DNA of 50,290 bases from Candidatus Nomurabacteria bacterium (GTDB taxonomy: Bacteria; Patescibacteriota; Minisyncoccia; Phycocordibacterales; UBA9973). The stretch is from assembly GCA_023267375.1 (NCBI GenBank), contig JAHFNJ010000007.1, positions 1 to 50,290 of the forward strand. The letters are read 5' to 3'. Numbering within the stretch: position 1 is the stretch's first letter; every line of letters begins with the position of its first letter. Below are positions 24,053-33,797 of this stretch, piece after piece. Both the position numbers and the translations under genes were made by a program. The notes below the pieces were generated by a model, which was not told where the DNA came from, made no database searches, and saw only the letters and a list, made by a program, of their open reading frames with translations.

Positions 24053-26320
24053 TTAAATTTCACACAGCCCTCCCGCACAGGCGAGCTCGCGTTTCACCTC
24101 AGTACTATCCTCTTTTTCATAGGTGACAATTTTTGAAAAATCGAGATCACCCAAGCGCTTGGTCATTTCCTCATACTTTTCCTTGGTGATTGCTTCATAG
24201 GGCGCAAGTTGGTAGACATGGTTTGATCGTGGTAGGAATGAAAGGCCGCCGACGAGGTCCCAGTTTTCATAGACCCAGTGTGCGACTTTGAGCCACTCAT
24301 CATCGCCTACAGAAATGGTGACAGATGGATTGTGTTCGGTGTAGTGCTGTTTGACGATCTTCCAGTGCTCAAGTTGTTCGATGGCGTTGATATCATCTTT
24401 ACAGATCGCTCCTTCCGGCGCTTTCACCGGGAATTCAAGGACGAAGGTCGAAGCGTTTTCAACGGTCTGTCCGATTTCCGGATAGTAAGGAACACCTTGG
24501 TCTTTGAGCATTTTGAACAACGTGTCAGTCGCTGAAATGCGGACGCGGCGGATATAGTACGGTGCATGGCGCGGGTGCATGCCTGAAGCGCAGTCGACGG
24601 TTTGCGAGACCGTGCCCGATGGTTTGACGCAGGTGATGCAGGTCGATTGATTGACGCCAAACTTCTTTGCGTACTTTTTGTTTGTTTCAATTGCCACCGC
24701 TTTCATTTTTTCAAGCATTTTGGGATCGCGGGCGAGTGCTGAGTCCCATTGTCCGGTAATTGAAACACCGAGCAGTCGTTCCTTTTCGCAATTTTTCTTC
24801 CACTCTTTTGAAAGGTAGGGGAAGTAGGTGAGTGTTGATTGGTACGTTCCCAAAATGGTTGCGATGCGTACTTTCTCGAGTAATGTTTTTTCGGTATCAT
24901 CGGCGCGGGCAACAACTTCCGATAAATTACAGAACTGTTTCGATTGCAGAATAATTTCTCCGCATGGATTTGTTCCCCATGCAGGGAGTGGGGCATCTTT
25001 CCATTGATTCAGTCGGCGTTTTGGTAGTGTGCCCAAGAGTCCACCACGGTTAAAAATGCCTCGTTCACCGCTTTCACTTTTAACGAGCGCAATCCATTCA
25101 TCGAGAAATTCCGTGGTTGTTGGTTTTGAAAGGTAGACGGCCGAGTTGTTGGCGAGCATGCGCTGGCCTTCGGAAATATAGAACTGGCCTTTCTTTGAAT
25201 CACGGATTGCTTCATCGTCGAGGTCTGACAATGAAATCATCGCGCTGCGGCGCACGCCGCCGGCTACGACGCATTCGCCGATTTTGCAGATAATATCGTG
25301 CGCATCAAGGTTTGAGAGGTGTCTGCCTTGGCGACGGAGGATACGCTCACGCGAGAATGAGAGCAGTGATTCAAGCGGAGCTGGTCCGGAACTTTTGCCA
25401 CCCATCGTCTGGAGGCGTGATCCTGCCGGGCGGATTTGGGAATAGTCAAAGGTAACGTCATCTCCATCAAACCACGTTTTAAGACCGAAGGCGAATGCAT
25501 CGGCCCACCCTTCTTTGCTATCGGGGACCACATAGGTTGGCAGTTTTTTGCCTGTTTGCTTTTGGATCTGGGGAAGTGCTTGAATATTGTCGCTTTCGAC
25601 TGACCAGCCGACACCAGTGCCACACATCGAGATGTACATGATTTCGGCAAAATCTTGGAATGTTCGCGGTGCGATAAACGAGCAATTATATGCACAAACA
25701 TTGGTCCGTCGGGCAGCTTTTCCGGCAAATTGGAGGAGCCGCATCGATGGCATCGATTCTTGATTGAGCACTGCTTCTCGGAGTTCTCTGTATTCGTTTT
25801 CGGTGAGCTTTGATCCGATATTCTCGCGCATGAACGCGATGTAACGGTCGATGGTCTCAACCCATGTCTCGCGCCGATCTTCTTCGGGTATCCATTTGGC
25901 GTAGCTTCGATAGTACACAAATTCAGCGAGCGGGTTTCTGAAATACTTTTTACTTTCGATAGCGAGCTCGCGTACTTTCTCGGGTACCGTGCCTACTTTT
26001 TCACGAATGAGCGAGCGCTCTTTTCGATAGAGAATGTATGACTTTGCTGCCTGTAAGAATCCTGATGCAATCAGTTCGTTCTCGACGATATCTTGTATCG
26101 TTTCTACATGCGGGATAAATACTTTAATCTTCTTTTCTTTTTTAAATGCGAGCAGTGCATCTAAGACATGCGTCATGACGGCGCGTGCATCAATCTCGGT
26201 GCCTTCCTGTACTGATTGCATGGCACTCGTGATCGCTCTCGTAATACGTTTCTCATCAAACGGCACAATGGTACCATCGCGCTTTTGAATAGTTGAAAGC
26301 GCGCTATACTTTTTTTTCAT
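24053..26320 (-). CDS. nrdJ: Adenosylcobalamin-dependent (class II) ribonucleotide reductase with an N-terminal ATP cone
   Basis: ATP cone (IQKRDGTIVPFD), YYRSYAKW, GGVRRSAMI, TNPCGEI active site, TCVKPSGTVS, C-terminal CAGGLCEI. Confidence 0.94.
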   Translation of the reverse strand: MKKKYSALSTIQKRDGTIVPFDEKRITRAITSAMQSVQEGTEIDARAVMTHVLDALLAFKKEKKIKVFIPHVETIQDIVENELIASGFLQAAKSYILYRKERSLIREKVGTVPEKVRELAIESKKYFRNPLAEFVYYRSYAKWIPEEDRRETWVETIDRYIAFMRENIGSKLTENEYRELREAVLNQESMPSMRLLQFAGKAARRTNVCAYNCSFIAPRTFQDFAEIMYISMCGTGVGWSVESDNIQALPQIQKQTGKKLPTYVVPDSKEGWADAFAFGLKTWFDGDDVTFDYSQIRPAGSRLQTMGGKSSGPAPLESLLSFSRERILRRQGRHLSNLDAHDIICKIGECVVAGGVRRSAMISLSDLDDEAIRDSKKGQFYISEGQRMLANNSAVYLSKPTTTEFLDEWIALVKSESGERGIFNRGGLLGTLPKRRLNQWKDAPLPAWGTNPCGEIILQSKQFCNLSEVVARADDTEKTLLEKVRIATILGTYQSTLTYFPYLSKEWKKNCEKERLLGVSITGQWDSALARDPKMLEKMKAVAIETNKKYAKKFGVNQSTCITCVKPSGTVSQTVDCASGMHPRHAPYYIRRVRISATDTLFKMLKDQGVPYYPEIGQTVENASTFVLEFPVKAPEGAICKDDINAIEQLEHWKIVKQHYTEHNPSVTISVGDDEWLKVAHWVYENWDLVGGLSFLPRSNHVYQLAPYEAITKEKYEEMTKRLGDLDFSKIVTYEKEDSTEVKRELACAGGLCEI

Positions 26321-26868
26321 AGCGTTTTGTATTTTTTATTAGTAATAATTGAAACAGCTGACCGTGATGCATTTTTATTTTTTGCTGCAAGCGTATAGAT
26401 CATTGGTGAGAGGAGTATTGCGAAGCTGACATTGCCAAGGAGGTGGAGCGCGGTGAATGGGATCTGCCCGATGAGCGCTGCCATGAATGGTTGGTGAAAA
26501 AAGAGCGGTCCGATTGAAAGTCCGGTGACTGCATCGTACGCAAGCGTTCCCATAACGGCGAATGCCGCGTAATTTCTCACACTACTTTTTTTATTCTTGA
26601 GATACGCGTATGCCCAGATGCCGAGCGCTCCGTAGGCGAAGGCGGTAATGATCGTCCACACTCCGATTTTACCAGTGAGAGCATCGAAGATGACCATGCT
26701 TGAGAATGCAAACAAGAAACTGGCGGTTTTGCCGTAGGCTTTAGCAAACGGCATCTCCATGGCGAGGATCGGTTCGATGTTTGGCGCGCGGAAGGGGAGG
26801 AGTCTGACGATAAGACAGACGAAAAATCCGATACTATATATAGAGAGATTGTGTTTAGGGAGTTTCAT
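26317..26868 (-). CDS. Predicted ECF-type S-component membrane protein, probably for cobalamin uptake
   Basis: About 6 TM segments, R..P...PNIEPILA motif; stop overlaps the nrdJ start (ATGA). Substrate inferred from context. Confidence 0.6.
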   Translation of the reverse strand: MKLPKHNLSIYSIGFFVCLIVRLLPFRAPNIEPILAMEMPFAKAYGKTASFLFAFSSMVIFDALTGKIGVWTIITAFAYGALGIWAYAYLKNKKSSVRNYAAFAVMGTLAYDAVTGLSIGPLFFHQPFMAALIGQIPFTALHLLGNVSFAILLSPMIYTLAAKNKNASRSAVSIITNKKYKTL

Positions 26869-27074
26869 AAATGTATGAGTGCACTGTTTCATATATATCA
26901 CTAAACGAGGTATACTAGTTTAGTAGTTGCGAAACTATGCAACTGATTGGGAGTTTATTATACGCGAGCTTCGTCATCTCGCGAAAGTGGATAACTGATA
27001 GTGATACAGAAGCAATCATTCGTAAAGCACTACGTGCAAAAAAGGCGAAAATTGCTGTATACTATTTAGTATAT

Positions 27075-27638
27075 ATGGAAACAATTAATAATTTTGTAGA
27101 AATTCCTGAACCAAAACTCTCGCGTTTTTTGTTCTCGAACACGAAGATGGCATGGTTCTGGCTTATTGTTCGCGTGTACGTCGGTTGGCAGTGGATCGAA
27201 GCAGGGTGGGGAAAAATCCACAATCCCGCATGGGTGGGAAGTGATGCCGGTCAGGCCTTGTCTGGTTTTATCCAAGGGGCGCTCGCCAAAATGAGTGGTG
27301 CGCACCCAGATGTGCAAGGATGGTACGGCACTTTTTTGCAAAACGGAGTGCTTCCGCATGCAAGTCTGTGGTCACATGTGGTTGCGTACGGTGAGTTGTT
27401 GGTTGGTGTGGCACTCGTGCTCGGCCTCTTTGCTGGAATTGCTGCATTCTTTGGAACTTTCATGAATTTCAATTTTCTTTTAGCGGGGGCAGTATCCGTG
27501 AATCCAATTCTTGGATTTTTAGGACTCTTCTTGATTTTGGCATGGCGTGTTGCCGGCTGGTGGGGGCTTGATCGCTGGGTATTGCCGGCGGTCGGTACTC
27601 CGTGGAAACCCGGGGAACTGTTTACTAAAACGCAGTAA
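27075..27638 (+). CDS. DoxX/DoxD (TQO small subunit) family membrane protein
   Basis: WLIVRVYVGWQWIEAGWGKI, VAYGELLVG..L.LGLF, FMNFNFLLAG, LDRW. Start METINN at 27075. Confidence 0.85.
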   Translation: METINNFVEIPEPKLSRFLFSNTKMAWFWLIVRVYVGWQWIEAGWGKIHNPAWVGSDAGQALSGFIQGALAKMSGAHPDVQGWYGTFLQNGVLPHASLWSHVVAYGELLVGVALVLGLFAGIAAFFGTFMNFNFLLAGAVSVNPILGFLGLFLILAWRVAGWWGLDRWVLPAVGTPWKPGELFTKTQ

Positions 27639-27654
27639 TTCTAGTCTCTGTACC

Positions 27655-27686
27655 AAAAAACACTCCGCCTATCCGGGGTGTTTTTG
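27655..27686 (+). terminator. Intrinsic terminator after doxX
   Basis: AAAAACACTCCG-cctat-CCGGGGTGTTTTT. Confidence 0.65.
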
Positions 27687-27695
27687 TTTGGATAC

Positions 27696-27724
27696 TTGAC
27701 TCATACCCCCCTAGGGTATATACT
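27696..27724 (+). promoter_or_regulatory. csoR promoter with a CsoR-type operator in the spacer
   Basis: TTGACT-17 nt-TATACT. The inverted repeat ATACCC-cccta-GGGTAT (27703-27719) is the G/C-tract type bound by CsoR-family repressors. Confidence 0.85.
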
Positions 27725-27731
27725 CTCTGGT

Positions 27732-28004
27732 ATGAAACAAGACATTAAAGTAAAAGCGCTTCGTCGCCTAAAGATTATCGAGGGGCAAGTGCGAGGATTG
27801 CAGGAGATGGTCGCCACTGAAAAGTACTGCATCGATATCATTACCCAGGCTTCGGCGATTAAAGAAGCGCTCTCGGGAGTAGAGGATTTGGTTTTGGAAA
27901 ATCACCTGTCGACGCACGTCATTCACCAGATTATGCACGGCAAGCAAGATCAGGCGACGAAGGAAATTTTGAAAATATATAAATTAGCCCAGAAGAAAAA
28001 ATAA
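27732..28004 (+). CDS. csoR: CsoR/RcnR family metal-sensing repressor
   Basis: LRRLKIIEGQVRGL..M....YCIDII.Q...ENHL; first gene of a copper operon. Confidence 0.88.
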   Translation: MKQDIKVKALRRLKIIEGQVRGLQEMVATEKYCIDIITQASAIKEALSGVEDLVLENHLSTHVIHQIMHGKQDQATKEILKIYKLAQKKK

Positions 28005-28007
28005 CGT

Positions 28008-30302
28008 ATGAGTACGAACGTCTACAAAATTAAAGGCATGCACTGTGCAAGTTGTGCCAGTATCATTGAACGGACCGTCAAAAAAATTGATGGGGTAGTC
28101 GACGTGTCGGTAAATAACGGGACGGAAAATGCCAAAATTTCTTTTGATCCAAACAAAGCCAGTCCGGAAATTTTTAATACAAAGTTGGAACCGTTGGGCT
28201 ATTCACTTATCGTTCCGCAAACTGCTAGTGAAATGGCGATGAGTGAGAGCGAACATGCGGCGCATCTGGGACTCCATCAATCAAAAAAAGAAAAACTAGC
28301 TGAAATTGCGTCGATGAAACGAATCGTTCTCTCGGTGATACCGCTTGCCATCATTAGTGTTTTTATAATGGGATGGGATATTTTTGCACAATTCCAATTA
28401 GTTGGAGAGATGCCATTAGTCTGGGAAGAATTTTTTCATCATTTACTCCCCATTATGGCGACGTACACACTTTTTGTAGCAGGAAAGCCATACCTGCTTG
28501 GGCTCTATCGCTTTATACGATATGGTAAGGCAAATATGGATACGTTGATCGGGCTCGGTACTTCTGTGGCGTTTCTCTACAGCTTCATTGCTAGTGCGTT
28601 TGAAGAGACGCTCCTTAAATCATTTCCAAATGTATCGACTACGTATTTTGATGTGACGATTATCGTCATTACATTTATCGCACTCGGAAAATATCTTGAA
28701 ACGCGCTCAAAATTAAAAACAGGTGATGCAATCGAAAAATTACTGAATCTCCAGGCGAAAACCGCGCTGGTTATTCGCGATGGCAAGGAAGTTGAATTAC
28801 CGATTGGGCAAGTCGTTCATGGTGATTTGGTTATTGTAAAACCGGCTGGGAAAATTCCCGTTGATGGTGTTGTTGTTGAAGGCAGTTCATATGTCGATGA
28901 ATCGATGATTACCGGAGAGCCAATGCCGGTGTCTAAAAAATCAGGGGACACTGTTGTCTCAGGGACCATAAACACCACGGGCTCATTTACCTTCAAAGCG
29001 ACAAAGGTTGGCGCTGAAACGATGCTTGCCACTATCGTTCGCATGGTTGAAGAGGCCCAAGGGAGCAAGGCGCCGATCCAGGCGCTCGCTGACAAAATCT
29101 CAAGTATTTTTGTACCGATTGTGCTCGGTATCGCCGTCCTGTCATTTGGTGCGTGGCTATTTTTTGGCACAGCATCGCTTGGCTTCTCGCAGGCACTTTC
29201 GTACGGACTCGTTTCGTTTGTCGGAGTGCTCGTGATTGCCTGTCCGTGTGCGCTTGGGCTTGCGACGCCAACCGCGATTATTGTGGGCGTAGGCAAAGGT
29301 GCTCGTGAAGGCATTTTAGTCAAAGATGCGAGTACACTTCAAAAGCTTCATAAAGTAAATGTTGTTGTCGTTGATAAAACAGGAACGATCACTAAAGGAA
29401 AACCAGAAATTGTCTCAACTAAAACTATCTCCGGCGAAGAGACAAAAAATCTTTCAATCTTAGCTTCGCTTGAAAACAAATCAGAACATCCAATCGCGCA
29501 TGCTATTGTTTCAAACCTCAAAGAAAAGCAGGGGAGCATGTTGCCTGTAGAAAAATTCGAAGCGCTGAAAGGGAGGGGGGTGAAAGGAACAATTGAGGGC
29601 ATCGACTATTTTGCGGGAAATACAAAACTAATTACGGATATGGGCATTACGTTTGATCTGCAATCAATTGAGAAAGAAACAATGGAAGGTAAAACCCCGG
29701 TTATATTGGCAACAAAGGAAAAAATTCTTTCTGTTGTCATGGTTGCTGATGCGGTAAAACCAGAAGCGATCGAAGCTGTACATAATTTACATAAACTTGG
29801 AGTAAGGGTGGTCATGCTCACCGGAGACAATGCAAATACGGCACGGCACATTGCGGATGTTATCGGTATCGATGAGGTCGTCGCAGAAGTAATGCCAGAG
29901 GATAAATTGAATAAAATAAAAGCATTGCAGTCAGAAGGAAAAATTGTCGCAATGGCGGGTGATGGAGTGAATGATGCCCCAGCGCTTGCGCAGGCGGATG
30001 TTGGCATCGCGATGGCAACGGGTACTGATGTGGCGATCGAGTCAGCCGGGATTACATTATTGCACGGAGATATTTCCAAATTGGTAAAAGCTGTTCGTCT
30101 GTCACGACTGACAATGCGCGGAATAAAACAGAATTTGTTCTGGGCATTCATTTACAACATCATCGGTATTCCGCTTGCAGCGGGATTATTCTTCCCGATT
30201 TTTGGGTGGTTATTGAATCCGGTTTTTGCAGGATTGGCGATGGCGATGAGTAGTGTCTCTGTGGTCGGGAATTCGTTACGAATTAAAAGTAAAAAATTAT
30301 AA
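28008..30302 (+). CDS. copA: Copper-translocating P1B-type ATPase
   Basis: MHCASC metal-binding domain, [26 protein letters not shown]...PL.AG, MAMSS. Confidence 0.96.
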   Translation: MSTNVYKIKGMHCASCASIIERTVKKIDGVVDVSVNNGTENAKISFDPNKASPEIFNTKLEPLGYSLIVPQTASEMAMSESEHAAHLGLHQSKKEKLAEIASMKRIVLSVIPLAIISVFIMGWDIFAQFQLVGEMPLVWEEFFHHLLPIMATYTLFVAGKPYLLGLYRFIRYGKANMDTLIGLGTSVAFLYSFIASAFEETLLKSFPNVSTTYFDVTIIVITFIALGKYLETRSKLKTGDAIEKLLNLQAKTALVIRDGKEVELPIGQVVHGDLVIVKPAGKIPVDGVVVEGSSYVDESMITGEPMPVSKKSGDTVVSGTINTTGSFTFKATKVGAETMLATIVRMVEEAQGSKAPIQALADKISSIFVPIVLGIAVLSFGAWLFFGTASLGFSQALSYGLVSFVGVLVIACPCALGLATPTAIIVGVGKGAREGILVKDASTLQKLHKVNVVVVDKTGTITKGKPEIVSTKTISGEETKNLSILASLENKSEHPIAHAIVSNLKEKQGSMLPVEKFEALKGRGVKGTIEGIDYFAGNTKLITDMGITFDLQSIEKETMEGKTPVILATKEKILSVVMVADAVKPEAIEAVHNLHKLGVRVVMLTGDNANTARHIADVIGIDEVVAEVMPEDKLNKIKALQSEGKIVAMAGDGVNDAPALAQADVGIAMATGTDVAIESAGITLLHGDISKLVKAVRLSRLTMRGIKQNLFWAFIYNIIGIPLAAGLFFPIFGWLLNPVFAGLAMAMSSVSVVGNSLRIKSKKL

Positions 30303-30307
30303 ATTAT

Positions 30308-31312
30308 ATGCAAACATACACATTTCATGTTTCGGGTACACATTGTGCTTCATGTAAAATATTGATCGAAGATATTTTGAGTGAGCAGGGACTTGTGCGC
30401 GAAGTGCACGTCGATCTCAAAAAAGAAACGGTTACGGTCGCGACGACGAGCGATAAAGCACCGGAAGAACTCGCAAGTATTTTAACTGGCGCAATTGCAA
30501 AGAATGGCTATACGCTCTCCGTTGAGAAACTAAGCACTCCTCAAGATAATGGTGATATTTGGAAGGCGATACCAATCGGTCTCGCGTTTTTGGTGCTCTT
30601 TTTTATCCTACAGAAGTCTGGCCTTCTGAATCTTGGCATCGGTGGTGTGACAACTCCCGTGACGAGTTTTATCGTTGGGCTCATCGCTTCAGTTTCGAGT
30701 TGTTTGGCGATTGTTGGTGGCCTCGTCCTGTCTCTATCCGCTGAGGTTTCAAAAGATAACGTGAGTGATAAAAGAAACATTATCCTCTTTCATGTCGGTC
30801 GAGTTGGCGGGTTTGCATTGCTTGGTGGGGTGCTCGGATTGATAGGGGATGCTGTTGGGATCAACTTTGTGTTCACGGCAATCTTAGGATTGATTGCATC
30901 CCTTATTATGCTTCTACTAGGACTTGATCTTGTCGGTATTGCAAAAAAGAGCAAAGTCACCTTGCCCTCTGGAATCTTTAAATTTTTTAGACGTGTAGAA
31001 CATAAAACATTTACTCCGCTTATCATTGGTGTCGGCACATTTTTTTTGCCATGCGGGTTTACCCAGTCCATGCAGTTTGTGGCGCTCTCAAGTAGTTCAT
31101 TTATGACAGGGTTTCTCATTATGTTAGGATTTGCTTTAGGCACACTTCCGGTACTCGCGTTCCTTTCCTTTGGTTCGGCTTCGATTGCGCAATCAAAACA
31201 CGCACCGCTTTTCTTTAAATCGGCCGGAGTTGTCGTTATTGGGTTTGCAGTCTTTGCCTTACTTGCTGGCCTTGCAGGTCTCGGTATTATTAATCCTTTA
31301 TTTACAATATAA
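30308..31312 (+). CDS. HMA-domain plus TauE/SafE (DsbD_2)-like membrane protein
   Basis: N-terminal THCASC; SSCLAIVGG, FHVGR, FFLPCGFTQ..Q, FALGTLP. Confidence 0.82.
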   Translation: MQTYTFHVSGTHCASCKILIEDILSEQGLVREVHVDLKKETVTVATTSDKAPEELASILTGAIAKNGYTLSVEKLSTPQDNGDIWKAIPIGLAFLVLFFILQKSGLLNLGIGGVTTPVTSFIVGLIASVSSCLAIVGGLVLSLSAEVSKDNVSDKRNIILFHVGRVGGFALLGGVLGLIGDAVGINFVFTAILGLIASLIMLLLGLDLVGIAKKSKVTLPSGIFKFFRRVEHKTFTPLIIGVGTFFLPCGFTQSMQFVALSSSSFMTGFLIMLGFALGTLPVLAFLSFGSASIAQSKHAPLFFKSAGVVVIGFAVFALLAGLAGLGIINPLFTI

Positions 31313-31315
31313 GTT

Positions 31316-31708
31316 ATGAATAAAACAGTATCAGTTATTATTGCACTTATACTCATCGCCGGAATTGTGTATGTTGTTACCCGCCAGCCGGTAAAGAATA
31401 GCAGTAGTACTCAAGTCTTACAGAATGTTGAGGTGAAGGAGGGGATTCAGTATGTGACGATCGATGCGAAAGGAGGATACTCGCCGAGAATATCAACTGC
31501 AAAAGCCGGGATACCGACAAAGCTTATTGTTAAAACTGACGGTACGTATGATTGCTCGTCATCATTAGTTATAAACGAGATCAATTATAAAAAAATATTG
31601 CCTCAGACTGGCGAGACCGAAATAGATCTGGGGACCAAAAATGCCGGTGAAACACTGCAGGGTTTGTGCGGTATGGGGATGTACAATTTTCAGGTGAGGT
31701 TTGAGTAG
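31316..31708 (+). CDS. Membrane-anchored cupredoxin-domain protein
   Basis: GGYSP....AKAG.P..L, DCSSSL, C-terminal CGMGMY. Confidence 0.82.
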   Translation: MNKTVSVIIALILIAGIVYVVTRQPVKNSSSTQVLQNVEVKEGIQYVTIDAKGGYSPRISTAKAGIPTKLIVKTDGTYDCSSSLVINEINYKKILPQTGETEIDLGTKNAGETLQGLCGMGMYNFQVRFE

Positions 31709-31794
31709 GGGGTAGGAACCTTGATTCCCGTCGTAAGATACATTTGTGGTCAGGAATAACTTTTATTCCATCGAACAAAAAATTTCTCGATTTT

Positions 31795-31960
31795 GGCAGG
31801 AATCTTTCGTTACACGAACAGTATACCTTTTCCATGATTTTGAACAGAAGTTCAAAATCATAAGGAAAAGCTTTTCGATTCCTGACACAAAGTGCGCAGG
31901 CACTTTGTTCCGGGCGCACATATTAAAAAGACCGACATATAGTCGGTTCATTTAAATATG
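31795..31960 (-). repeat. tRNA-Lys-linked mirror element
   Basis: Inverted copy of the tRNA 3' half (31874-31884 plus 31910-31924) split by a 25-nt hairpin (31885-31909); distal sense copy GATTCCTGCC at 31795-31804. Confidence 0.75.
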
Positions 31961-32033
31961 TGCGCCCGGCAGGAATCGAACCTGCGACCATCTCCTTAAA
32001 AGGGAGCTGCTCTACCGACTGAGCTACGGGCGC
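31961..32033 (-). tRNA. tRNA-Lys (anticodon TTT)
   Basis: Cloverleaf: GCGCCCG/CGGGCGC acceptor, anticodon loop CTTTTAA, GGTTCGATTCC T-arm; CCA not encoded. Confidence 0.95.
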
Positions 32034-32083
32034 GTACTTTACAAGTACTCTAGAAAGTATCATATTTAGGCTTATAAATCAAT

Positions 32084-32563
32084 ATGAAAAAGAAACCAGA
32101 AACAATCCTCATTTTGGACAACATCCGAAGCTCCCATAACGTCGGCTCTATCTTCCGTACGGCCGACGCCCTCGGTATTTCAAAAATATACCTCGTCGGC
32201 TATACGCCGAAGCCACTTGATCGTTTCAATAGGCCAAGTAAAGAGATTGCTAAGACCGCTCTTGGCGCTGAAAAGACAATCCCCTGGGAAAGTAAAGAAA
32301 GCCTGCCCGCCCTTATACGAAGTTTGAGGCGGGATACATTCAAAGTCATCGCGCTTGAGCAATCACCAAAATCAGTAGACTATAAAAAAATCCGCCTTCC
32401 GCAAAAAGTGGCGATTATCCTCGGAAACGAAGTTGATGGTATTGATACAAAAACGCTCGCACTCTGCGATATTATTACAGAAATACCGATGCATGGTGGA
32501 AAAGAATCCCTCAACGTCGCGGTGGCGTGGGGAGTGGCTGGTTTCCGTCTTTTGGATCGCTAG
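32084..32563 (+). CDS. TrmH/SpoU family RNA 2'-O-methyltransferase
   Basis: LDNIRSSHNVGSIFRTADA, ILGNEVDGI, EIPMHGGKESLNVAVA. Confidence 0.92.
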   Translation: MKKKPETILILDNIRSSHNVGSIFRTADALGISKIYLVGYTPKPLDRFNRPSKEIAKTALGAEKTIPWESKESLPALIRSLRRDTFKVIALEQSPKSVDYKKIRLPQKVAIILGNEVDGIDTKTLALCDIITEIPMHGGKESLNVAVAWGVAGFRLLDR

Positions 32564-32566
32564 TGG

Positions 32567-32728
32567 TTACGGCTGCGTTCTCGGTCCGTAAATTTGTCCG
32601 TTATCGATTGGTGCCGCTGGTTCGATAAATGGCCCAGCTTTTGCGCTGTCGTGTTGTGCACCGCCCAACATAAACCAGATGACCCAGATAGCTAAGAGTA
32701 TTAAAAGAAATCCTTTGAGTTCGCTCAT
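32567..32728 (-). CDS. Small single-TM hypothetical protein (53 aa)
   Basis: MSELKGFLLILLAIWVIWFMLGG...; start overlaps the mutM stop (ATGA). Confidence 0.7.
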   Translation of the reverse strand: MSELKGFLLILLAIWVIWFMLGGAQHDSAKAGPFIEPAAPIDNGQIYGPRTQP

Positions 32729-33681
32729 ATCTTTGAAATTAATTTTTGGTGTTCGGAGCAAAAGTGTGCACTGCGTCCGCCCACCATCTTTCGTAGTATA
32801 ACACCCTTGCATCCTGGCTTGCCACAAGGGTCTCCCGTTTTTCGATAAGCGTTGTGGTGATGGTGGAATTCGCCGCGTTTCCCATGAATGTCGCGGTAGT
32901 CGCTCGTGGAATCTCCTCCGAAATCAATACCTTTTCTAAGGGTTTCTCTAATAGCTTCGTACATCACGCCAAATTGTGAGAGAGAAATATTTGCTACTTT
33001 CTCTTCTGGATGAATACCTGAGATCCAAAGAATCTCATCCGAATAAATGTTGCCGATGCCTGCGATGATTGATTGATCCATGAGTACTTGTTTGATTTTA
33101 CCGTTTGGTTTTTTTGAGAGGGCCATTATCATTGCCTGTTTGGTAAATGCTTCATCGAGCGGTTCGGGTCCTAAATGTTCGAGATGAACAGACTTACCGA
33201 TATCTTTTGTTTCAAGTAATGTCATCTTCCCAAACTTGCGTGAATCGCAAAATACTAAATGACGAATTGAATCATTGAAGGGAAGGGCAGGGTTACTTAA
33301 GGTGAAGGCCACATGTACAAAACGATTGAACGGATCACGGAGAGCTTCATTTTTTTCTTCATCATGTGGTTTCCAGCTATTTTTCTTTTGATCATAGTCA
33401 TATTTACCAAACATGAGATGTCCTGTCATTTTCATGTGAATCAAAATTGTTTTACCTCCTTCAAGTTCAATTAAGATATTTTTGCCACGGCGACGTACAT
33501 CTAGAATTCTTTTATCCGTTACTTCTTTTTTAAAATACTCAAAATAATCCGTGTTTTTTACAGAATCTTTCTGGCGCTTATCTTTGGTTGATAAATCAGT
33601 CCAGACGTCTTTGATGTAGAGGTAGGGAAGGACTGACCTCAATCCTTCAGTGGTGGTTTGGACTTCGGGGAGCTCGGGCAT
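32725..33681 (-). CDS. mutM: Formamidopyrimidine-DNA glycosylase (Fpg)
   Basis: N-terminal MPELPEV, HMKMTG, DSRKFG, GIGNIYSDE, C-terminal zinc finger (C..PGC...GRSAHFC..HQ). Confidence 0.95.
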   Translation of the reverse strand: MPELPEVQTTTEGLRSVLPYLYIKDVWTDLSTKDKRQKDSVKNTDYFEYFKKEVTDKRILDVRRRGKNILIELEGGKTILIHMKMTGHLMFGKYDYDQKKNSWKPHDEEKNEALRDPFNRFVHVAFTLSNPALPFNDSIRHLVFCDSRKFGKMTLLETKDIGKSVHLEHLGPEPLDEAFTKQAMIMALSKKPNGKIKQVLMDQSIIAGIGNIYSDEILWISGIHPEEKVANISLSQFGVMYEAIRETLRKGIDFGGDSTSDYRDIHGKRGEFHHHHNAYRKTGDPCGKPGCKGVILRKMVGGRSAHFCSEHQKLISKI

Positions 33682-33728
33682 GTAAACAGAGTAAAGATTT
33701 AAGATGAAAGTTGCAAGCCGAGAAAGAT

Positions 33729-33757
33729 TTGACATTTTGTCATAAAAATTGTAGTGT
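33729..33757 (+). promoter_or_regulatory. Sigma70 promoter with an overlapping palindrome
   Basis: TTGACA-17 nt-TAGTGT; TGACA-ttt-TGTCA inverted repeat (33730-33742) overlaps the -35. Confidence 0.55.
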
Positions 33758-33797
33758 AAGGAAAAATATACGTCTAACCTTAAACAAATTCTGCTCT

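Noticed and set aside
26869-27074. Cobalamin riboswitch or NrdR box upstream of the B12/nrdJ operon
   Set aside because: Only two short AT-rich hairpins after a TATAAT; no B12-box or recognisable riboswitch core, and no convincing NrdR palindrome.
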